A stretch of DNA of 44,683 nt from Octopus sinensis. Its lineage: Eukaryota. The notes under the pieces are model-generated. The model ran no database searches. It was given only the letters and a program-made list of their open reading frames with translations, and was not told where the DNA came from. The position numbers and the translations under genes are program-made. The stretch lies in NCBI RefSeq assembly GCF_006345805.1, contig NW_021834909.1:1-44683 (forward strand), read 5' to 3'. Shown piece after piece: positions 35,425 to 44,683 of this stretch. Positions within the stretch are counted from its first letter, which is position 1, and the number at the start of each line of letters is the position of its first letter.

Positions 35425-36160
35425 GAGTGTGAAGGGGGAGAGAAAGGGAGAGAGAGATAGAGAGGAAGAAAGAGAGTGAGTGAGTGGGTGAGAGAGAGAA
35501 ACAAAACGTCACAGGTATGTTTATCTACGTGTATGTCATATATGCATGTATGTATACATATGCGTGAGGGTGTATGTGTGTGTGAGTATGCGTAGGGATA
35601 AGTGCATATATATATATATATTATATATATGAATGTATATATATATATATATATATGAATGTATATATTTGTGTTTGAGAGTGAGGATGGGTGTGCGCGC
35701 GACTGTGTGTATGTGTGTGTGGACAGGTGTAGAGTTTTAAATTCACTACTTTATATGTGTATTTGTCGCTTTTGTACCAAGTATGCCAATGCTTCCGAAC
35801 AGCTCTCTCTCTCTCTCCCCCTTTCTCTCTATCACTCTCTGTCTGTCTGTCTTTCTCTCTCTCGATCTATCTATCTGTCTCTCTGTCTATGTATATATGT
35901 ATGTATGCATGCTTGTACGTATGCATGTATGTAGACACATATACATATCAAAGGGTATATTTATGTTGGCAAGTATGTGTGTGTATATATATATATATAC
36001 ATATATATGTACGCATGTGTGTATATATATATATATATACATACATATATCTACATGTGGGCATGTGGGCGTGGGTATTTGTGTGAATGTGTATGTTTCT
36101 CTTATTTGTATTTATATAGGTATTTGGTACGATGTGCATTATATGTCTATAAGATATACA

Positions 36161-36208
<48 letters not shown>

Positions 36209-36364
36209 TTCTGTGTATGTATAAATATTAATCTACCTATCTACCTATATGTATCTGTGCGTGTTTATATACGCAAACACAAATATTTACATTGATCTAT
36301 ATACATATACGTGTTTCGATACGTGCGTGTTGGTACGCTTGTTTGTGTGTGTGTGTGTCTGCGC

Positions 36365-36395
<31 letters not shown>

Positions 36396-36596
36396 TGGAT
36401 ATACGTTTGGGTAAACAAACCGGCGTAATAGTATTCACGGATAGCATTTGAGTTGATGTATTCACTCGAAGCAGATTATTTATCTATCCTAGGAAGGAAT
36501 ACGCACATACGTGTAAACACACACATACACGCACAGAGTTACACGCACGTACAAACACATACGCACACGTACATGTGTACACGAGCATACACACGC

Positions 36597-36627
<31 letters not shown>

Positions 36628-36722
36628 CATATATATATACATATACTTATACATATATATATATATGTATATACATACATGCACATATATACATATACAT
36701 ACAAATTTAATATATATAGAGA

Positions 36723-36769
<47 letters not shown>

Positions 36770-37194
36770 ATGATATACGTATATATGTGTTGGGGTTTGT
36801 CGGTATTTGTTTGGGCTGGGATTGGCAAACCAGCGGAAATAAATCAAAACAAAATCCTTATTCAATACAAGGTGAAGATGTTATTCATGTCATACTATCT
36901 GAAGGGGTACGATACTGCCTTTTCAAGATACATATGGTGGGTTTTTTAAAATTTCATTTCTGTTGTCTTTTATGTATCTTTGGCAACATATGTGTATTTT
37001 GTCGTTATGATATGAATGTCATATTAAAATTTGAAATATACCATCCATATGCCTCTCAGCAATGCTGGTCGTATTGTAAAGGTCTTTGTAGGAGGTTACT
37101 CAACACACATGCAAACACACACATACAAATACACACATACATATACACACAAATACACACACACACATGCAGCAGAACACACATGTAGTATAAA

Positions 37195-37274
37195 TTGCTA
37201 GAAATAAGAGCTAAAAAATATAACGCGAATAGTCACACTAAATCACCAACCCTTGAGATTATAATATCTTATGG

Positions 37275-37316
<42 letters not shown>

Positions 37317-37626
37317 TATAATATATATATATATATATATATACGCTCAGACCGCTTTGAAATTTAGCCCCGCTCTTCCACGGTTATTTCCTTCCTGAGA
37401 TAATAGGAAGCCAGCTATCTCTTTAACCCGGAGTAATTTGAGGATTTCCCTGAATAGAAACGAAATTTCGAAATCATTTGATAAAAGCTTATCGAATTAA
37501 TTCATTCAGGGACTTTTTATCTCACTGGATATTTTGGCTTACCGTTCGCACTCCTATTGAACATCTCATGGGTTGGTGATATTTGTGGCTATTCATGGTA
37601 TATTATTTAACTCTTATTTCTAGCAA
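37195..37626. repeat. ~65-bp inverted repeat pair (37195-37259 / 37563-37626)
   Basis: ttgctagaaataagagctaaaaaatata..tcaccaacccttgagat versus the reverse complement ttgctagaaataagagttaaataatata..tcaccaacccatgagat. Confidence 0.85.
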
Positions 37627-37915
37627 CTCTAGATGCTGTTTTGCACCTTTAATTATGTATTCTTCATTTTTCGTTTTTAATTCATCCTAATATCAATTTA
37701 TCATTATAATATTTTATTGCATGTATATACATACATACATATATATGTATATATATATAATATGTATATATTATATATATTATATATATACCTATATATA
37801 TACATAATATATATATATATAATATATATATATATATACATACATACACACACACATATTTATATATATATATAATATAAATAATATAATATATATATAT
37901 ATAATATTATAATAT

Positions 37916-37956
<41 letters not shown>

Positions 37957-38137
37957 CTAAATATTATAATCAAAATAAGTATCAAGATTTCAAGTAGCAA
38001 TGCAGTACAACAACGTTCAAGCGGTTAGATTTTATTCTGTTCACCCTATTGCGAGCTGTGCGGACAATACCGGACAGACTTGGTGCTTCAACTTAAGTAT
38101 CTAATTCAACAGAATCTTAATTACTTCGCTCTCTCTC

Positions 38138-38177
<40 letters not shown>

Positions 38178-38255
38178 ATATATATATATACAATAGAAAT
38201 ACAAAATGGCTGACGGTTAGTAAGGAGAGACACAAATAAGAAAGAAGAAAACAAA

Positions 38256-38300
38256 GGACCACTGATGCGGTCACAGGAGTGTGACGAAAGAACTCTGGCC
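38256..38300 (+). ncRNA. Hammerhead-like fold, core CUGAUGC
   Basis: GGACCA-CUGAUGC-G-GUCAC-AGGAGU-GUGAC-GAAAG-AA-CUC-UGGCC. Confidence 0.5.
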
Positions 38301-38489
38301 GAAATAAGATTAAGATTAATATAAAAAATAAATAACACTGAAGCAAAGTAACACCAAATATATATGCGTGTGATTTTATTTGGTAAACTGGCAAAATGAC
38401 CATTCCGAAATATAACAATATATATATATATATGATATATATATATATATATATATATATGTTATATGATATATATATATAGATATATA

Positions 38490-38543
<54 letters not shown>

Positions 38544-38564
38544 CATCATATATATAATATATCT

Positions 38565-38604
<40 letters not shown>

Positions 38605-38608
38605 TATA

Positions 38609-38646
<38 letters not shown>

Positions 38647-38819
38647 TATGTAGATGGAGAAAGAGAGAGAGAGAACTTGATGTAGGAGAGAAGAAATCGG
38701 GCATTATGGAATCAGGAATGGATAAATTTCCCTTAAGCCCCATCACTATGCCCTATAAATTCGGTAAAGTACACGTGCGATACAAATTATCTCCACGGAT
38801 ATATACATATATATATTAT

Positions 38820-38855
<36 letters not shown>

Positions 38856-39482
38856 CATACACATAGGCACATATAAATGTATATATTTGTCACTGATTCT
38901 GTCCCCTGCCTTCCACCCTCTTTGATTCCCTCTCTCTCTGTCTCTCTTTCTCTCTCTCCTGTGACCTGCTGCTTCTTCAACCATTCTGTTGGCCTTCGTA
39001 TCTCGACCAACATGTGTCCCCGCTACCGAAACGGTAATTTATTTCTACGCCAGCTGCTATGTTGTTGTTGTTTTGTCTCATTTGGTCTAAAGTCGTATGA
39101 CAACCACCTTAGTTATTTGTTTTGTTTTTTCATTACTGTTTTCAATTTCGTTTTCGTCTCTTGTATTCACATCCGTCTTGTGCGTTCACATTCCTGTCTT
39201 CTACCAAGAAATCTAATGCTTACAGCTTAGTTTTTTTTTTTGGGGCTGCCGAGTTGGAGCAAATATCAGAATTGAACAGCCGAAATTTGCTATGATGATT
39301 CGGTGTCTGACTGAAGATTGAAGGCTTCGAATGATTTGTCTGTGTTCCGGGTTCGTCCCTTCCTGTATTTCACGTTCATTATATATAAAAACATTCATTC
39401 TTATATATATATATATATATATACATACATACATATATGTTTATATATATATGTGTGTGTGTGTATATATATGTATACACAC

Positions 39483-39580
39483 GGCTATAGTAGAATAAAC
39501 CTGCCCAAGATGCCACGCAGTGGGACTGAACCTGGAACAATGTGGTTAGGAAGCAGGCTTCTAATCACACAGCCACGCCT
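39483..39580 (-). mobile_element. SINE family A head
   Basis: gcccaagatgccacgcagtgggactgaacc..cacacagccac. Confidence 0.8.
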
Positions 39581-39635
39581 AATTTCATACCAATGTATAA
39601 AATACACACATACGCTCATCTATATATGTAGTTAG

Positions 39636-39682
<47 letters not shown>

Positions 39683-39709
39683 ATATATATATATGATTGA
39701 TTGATGATT

Positions 39710-39752
39710 CTAGTTTCAGCTCATGAGCTGTGGCCATGCTGGGGTACCGCCA
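39710..39752 (-). mobile_element. CR1-like LINE 3' tail, extremely truncated
   Basis: ctagtttcagctcatgagctgtggccatgctggggtaccgcca. Confidence 0.7.
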
Positions 39753-40379
39753 TATATATATATGAGTCCGTATATCTATATATGGAACTGAGTCACAATT
39801 CTAATTACTAACTCATTAAAAAAAATTAACATATGCTCAGGAATATATATGTAATGACTTCTTAATCTGCAGAGAGTTACACACGTGACTCAAGCATTGA
39901 GAGTTTTCTAAGTGCACATATATGTTGGTTTTTAAGTCTAATATCTTTCTACCTACCAATTAAAACATGAATTCATAAATATATAAAGTAATGCTTGTAT
40001 GCAAGAATATTCATATACATACAGGCATATATATATATATACGTACGTACATATATGTGTGTAGGCATGTGCGTGGGCGTTTGTTTGCATGTGTATACAT
40101 ATAACGCAGCACCAGGAAAAGACCATGTTAAATATTGCAAATAAGGAGTCATGAAAGGGAGAGGTGTACTGCCAGAGTACATTATATGTACCATGCATTT
40201 AAATATTCATGTCTTTGGCACGATGTCGTGCGGTGAGATGCGCAACTATTTTGCATATATTATGCACCAAATCTTTTATCGCATATCCAGAACGTAACAA
40301 CAACAGCTAAAACAAGAATATCTGCAAGGTGAATCTAAGAACAATGAAATAATAATGATGATGAATGAGACATTTCTAG

Positions 40380-40431
40380 TAATAATAATAATAATATAAT
40401 AATAATAATAAATAAAATAATAATAATAATG

Positions 40432-40466
<35 letters not shown>

Positions 40467-40512
40467 AATAATCATAATAAAATAATAATAATAATAATAA
40501 TAATAATGATAA

Positions 40513-40543
<31 letters not shown>

Positions 40544-40579
40544 AATAAAAAGTAATAATAATAATAATAAAAATAATAA

Positions 40580-40617
<38 letters not shown>

Positions 40618-40706
40618 TAATAATAATGATAATGATAATAATGATGATGATGATGATGATAATAATAATAACAATAATAATAATAATAATATCAATACTA
40701 ATAATA
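40380..40706. repeat. (AAT)n/(GAT)n microsatellite
   Basis: Direct reading. Confidence 0.97.
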
Positions 40707-41337
40707 ATCACAAGACGCGGAATAATAACAGTAATAATGATAAATCTCAATATATTTTGAAACTTGTAAATGACATCAGATAAAGACGTAACGCTAAGGA
40801 GTCTACTGCTTATGAATAATAGATAGTTTGGGTAATGTAACCTGGAATCGCGGCGAAGAAGTGAAGATGCAATCGGAAGGATCATTACGAGTGATTGTTA
40901 ATTATGTATTTCTAAGATTTTATACATGGTTGGCAGCTATTTGATATTCTGAGAATGGGACATTAGGAGATCGTTGGGAAAATATCGAAGCAGTATAAAT
41001 ACATATATATACATACATATATATATATATATATACTATATATATATATATATATATACATATATACATACATATATATATTGATTACACATATATGTAA
41101 ATATATATTATATATATAATATACATACACACACATATATTATAATATATATATATATTACATACAAAAAAACATATATATAATATATAGGTATATATGA
41201 ATATAATGTGTATATATATACAAAGTGTCATATAGATTAAGATTACCGCAATAGAATGGAACGTATTTACATATTTTGGAATATTACACACACACATAAC
41301 TTATATGTATATTACATACATACATACATAATGTATA

Positions 41338-41392
<55 letters not shown>

Positions 41393-41399
41393 ATATTTG

Positions 41400-43125
41400 T
41401 AAAAAATGAAGTTCGAAAATGCTGCTGTATTATACAATTTTTGATTTTTATTTATATATACATTATAACATGTTTCAGTTCCTGAAATGACCTTATCAAA
41501 AAAAGTTATATATAAAAAAGAGACAAGCTCATGCCGTCAAACACAAAAATTCATTTATAATACACAACGGAGTCAACATCTTAGAGTTCATGTATAGTTG
41601 ATATATATTTTGAAGTAATATGTTCAAGTGTTCGATGCAGTGGCCCACGGTGGCGATACGTATTCATACAAAAACAGATCAAAGTGGTGGAAAGCGGTCA
41701 ATAACAAAGATTGATTTTTCCGAAGAGCGAGGAATTCATTTTTACCTAAGCAATTGTGATGACCCATGGTGGAAGTTCGCTGGGTGGTTCTTGTGAGTTT
41801 TTGTGAAATGCTCGGTTTTATAATGCCTGTTAGGTGGTCAATCTAGCGTAGCGTAACGTCATCAATGTTTTGACCATCGTTTCGTTAGGTGTGCTTTAAT
41901 CAAGTGGAACGGACTCAATCATTATTTTGACCAATCGCTGCATTAAACTCCTCTTGTTTGTTTCTGTCTTGACCAGTCGCTTCGTTAGTCAGCATAGCGG
42001 GACGTCATCCAGATTCTCCCAATCACGACTTATATAGCTACATTAGATCTGCCCCCTGTCTGTACTTGTTAGGTGACTATTCAGCAGAAAAGGACGTCAT
42101 CAATATTCTGACTAATGACTGTCCCCTGTTTGTATCCTGTCCATTCTAGCAGAGCTAGACGTTATCAACTTGTTGACCAATCAGAATCGGGTCTGACCCT
42201 TGCGTATCGTATTATCAGGGTCAGATTTGCACGAAAGAATTTTTTTTTCCTTTTTTACTAAGGCATATTTCCGTCAGTGAGTGTCTGTTTGAAGTAGCGG
42301 CCGTGGTGAAATTTGTTCTCCTTTTCGGAGGACTTATCTTTTGTTTTAGTATTCCTGGCCCAGGGTGTTTAAACTTGGTCTAATTTTTTTATGAAATATC
42401 GTTTTTATTTTGCGTTGTGTGAAGGTTGCGTTGTCACTGAATTTATAGAGCGGGTTAGTTTAAATTTCGGATTTACATTTCCAGCACATCTATCTATTGT
42501 CCGCTGACCGGTATTTTGCGGTAATCAGGGTTTCTAATTTGTGATTTATGCACCGCCATCCTGTGTTACGTAAGCTTTTTTTGTATGGCCTATATCTGCC
42601 TATTGCAGCCTGCGCATGTTAACGTAAATTAAGTTTTCTGATGCGCAGGTGAAGTTTGTTCTAATGGTGAACTGGTGGCCTTGTTCCAGTATAAATTCTG
42701 ATCCTTCTTTCAAGATGTCACAGATTCCGCAGTTGGGCCTTCCAAATTTCTAACTGCTGTTTGTGGTTGGTGTTGATGCATGTAGCTTGGGTTTAAAATC
42801 CTTTTCAAGGATTTTGGTTGCCGTTTACTTTTAATGATGGTGTGTTTTTTCGAGGATCCGGTTCATCTTTGGGTCTCCCTTTAGTAGGGCTGTGCTTTTA
42901 GTATGGTGTTGAAGGCCTCGTGGGTTGTTGTAGAGATGTAGGGAAGGGTTTTTAATTGTTCTTTCTTTTTTGGTTTTGTTTTGTCTCAGGTCTTCTATAC
43001 TTAATTTAAGTACCCGTTGGATGCACTGTCTATTAGGGGCTGTGGATAGTTTCTATTTGTGAGTGTGGTTCTAAGTTCCTGGAGACGTGTGTGTCGGGTG
43101 TTTGTGTCTGATATTAAGGGTGCAA
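41400..43125 (-). mobile_element. Penelope-like retroelement 3' part (thumb, GIY-YIG, long 3' region)
   Basis: Minus-strand translation across frameshifts: ISDTNTRHTRLQELRTTLTNRNYPQPLID, GRPNCGICDIL, NFTCASENLIYV, RMAVHKSQIRNPDYRKIPVSG. (TA)n on both sides. Confidence 0.88.
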
Positions 43126-43166
<41 letters not shown>

Positions 43167-43387
43167 AATCCTAAACAACGAAGAACAAACACAAAAAAAC
43201 AACAACGTGAGAACGTGTGCATATAAAGTATTAACAGAGGCTCAGGTATATATATATATATATAATTTATATTAATCACAGAAGCACATAAATGCGAAAC
43301 AAGGTGGAAAAAGTTGTACTCGAATACCAAAGGTAGAGTATTATTTCAGATGGAATAAAAGGATGAAAAGCAATGCAATCTACTGTT

Positions 43388-43467
43388 TTTCCCCTGATGA
43401 GTGGATTTTTTATCACTTTATTCCTTTGGAATAATACCAATGTTTTTTTCGAAACATATGTCGGAAG
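43388..43467 (+). ncRNA. Type I hammerhead candidate with long stem II
   Basis: UUUCCC-CUGAUGA-G..(UUAUUCC/GGAAUAA hairpin)..C-GAAAC-AUAU-GUC-GGAAG: exact core, palindromic ACAUAUGU, GUC site. Confidence 0.6.
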
Positions 43468-43759
43468 TATAAAGATTTGAAGAAAACCTGCGTTTAACTC
43501 CATTTATATGTACACACACACACACGCGCTCACGCACACACACACACAAAAACACATATATATATATCCACCTTAAACAAGGAGACCGTCCAGAAGAGTT
43601 GCAGGAGATTCCCAAGCCAATGGCGATTTGATTGACTATATTTACTGTTTAATAGTTCAAGATATTTTGTATGTAATTTTTGTTAAGTATATGTGTTCGA
43701 ATGAGATCTCAGTGTTATTTTCATTATTGCGTAATTTAGGCGTTAATTTATTCACTGGA

Positions 43760-44683
43760 GCCTGTGCCTGTCTATGAGCGTTTATGGACCTAGAAAAGCC
43801 ATTTGACTGAAGGAATAATGATGCAATGTGGCAGATGTTGTGGTTGTATGGAGTAGATGATAGATTGTTGAGAACTATTCAGAGTTTTTTTTTTAAAGAG
43901 AAAGTAGGGCGTGCGTTAGGGTGGGTGTTGAAGTAAGTGAGTTGTTTGATGTGAAGATGTGTTAGGACAGGGCTATTTTTATGTCTCCGTGGCTGTTTGA
44001 TTTGTATATGGATAATGTGGTGAGAGAATTAAATGCTAGCACCCTTGGTAGGAGAGCCCAAATGGTGGAAGACAATGGAGAGATATGGCGAGTAAGTTGT
44101 TTGCTGATGATATAGCACTGGTGGCAGATTCAGAAGAGCAACTTAGGAGACTGGTGATCGAGTTTGGAAGATTGAGTGAGAGGAGGAAACTGAAAGTGAA
44201 TATAACTAAGAGTAAGTGATGAGATGTTCGAGAGATTGAATGGCTGATTGGATGGATGTGAGTATAAATGGTAAAATTTTAGAGGAGGTGAGCATTTTTA
44301 GGTATCTGGGATCACATGTGACGGAAGTGGGATACAGAGTGAGGGATAGGGAATAAGATACTTGGAATAGTGAAAGGTATGCTGAGAGATAAAAGGTTGA
44401 GTATCAAAGTGAAAAGAGGTGTTTATGAGGTTGTGATCGAGCCAACAATGTTATATGGTGCAGGGACGTGGGGGCTGAGAAAGGCCGAAAGTGGTGACTA
44501 GATGTATTTGAGATGAGATGTTTGAGGACTATGGTTGGTGTGACACGGGTGGATAGGATGAGGAATGAGGAGATGCGAAGGCGAGCAGGAAGGATAGAAA
44601 AACTAACAACCAACATGGATGGACGAATGTTGAGGTGGTTTGGCTACGCTAAACGATGGATGACGAGCGAATGGTAAGGAGGT
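43760..44683 (+). mobile_element. RTE-clade LINE reverse transcriptase fragment, decayed, runs off the window
   Basis: AFMDLEKPFD, QG..MSPWLFDLYMD, ADDIALVADSEEQLRRLV, LKVNITKSK, FRYLGS, PTMLYGAGTW, DVFEMRCLRTMVGVTRVDRMRNEEMR, LRWFG. Confidence 0.93.

Noticed and set aside
39310-39345. CUGAAGA...CGAA...GUC hammerhead
   Set aside because: GAAA is broken and the stems are poor.

Overview
AT-rich, microsatellite-dense eukaryotic DNA with no convincing host protein-coding exon. The SINE types and (TA)n density suggest an Octopus/cephalopod genome (inference). It contains a near-intact Tc1 DD34E transposon with IR/DR ends (6512-8114), two decayed Penelope-like elements (13130-14706 +, 41400-43125 -), RTE and CR1-like LINE fragments, a gag-like zinc-knuckle fragment, and about 20 SINE copies from four families. 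The main signal is a 5.8-kb array of a ~535-bp non-coding unit (23729-29556; 9 direct copies, then ~1.8 inverted copies) set in (TA)n. Every unit carries a type I hammerhead-ribozyme fold with a palindromic stem III, so the array looks like a retrozyme or self-cleaving satellite. Several unrelated short (TA)n-embedded repeats carry further hammerhead-like folds with variant cores. Nearly all ORFs in the supplied track are microsatellite artefacts. All folds and alignments were done by eye, and repeat boundaries are approximate.
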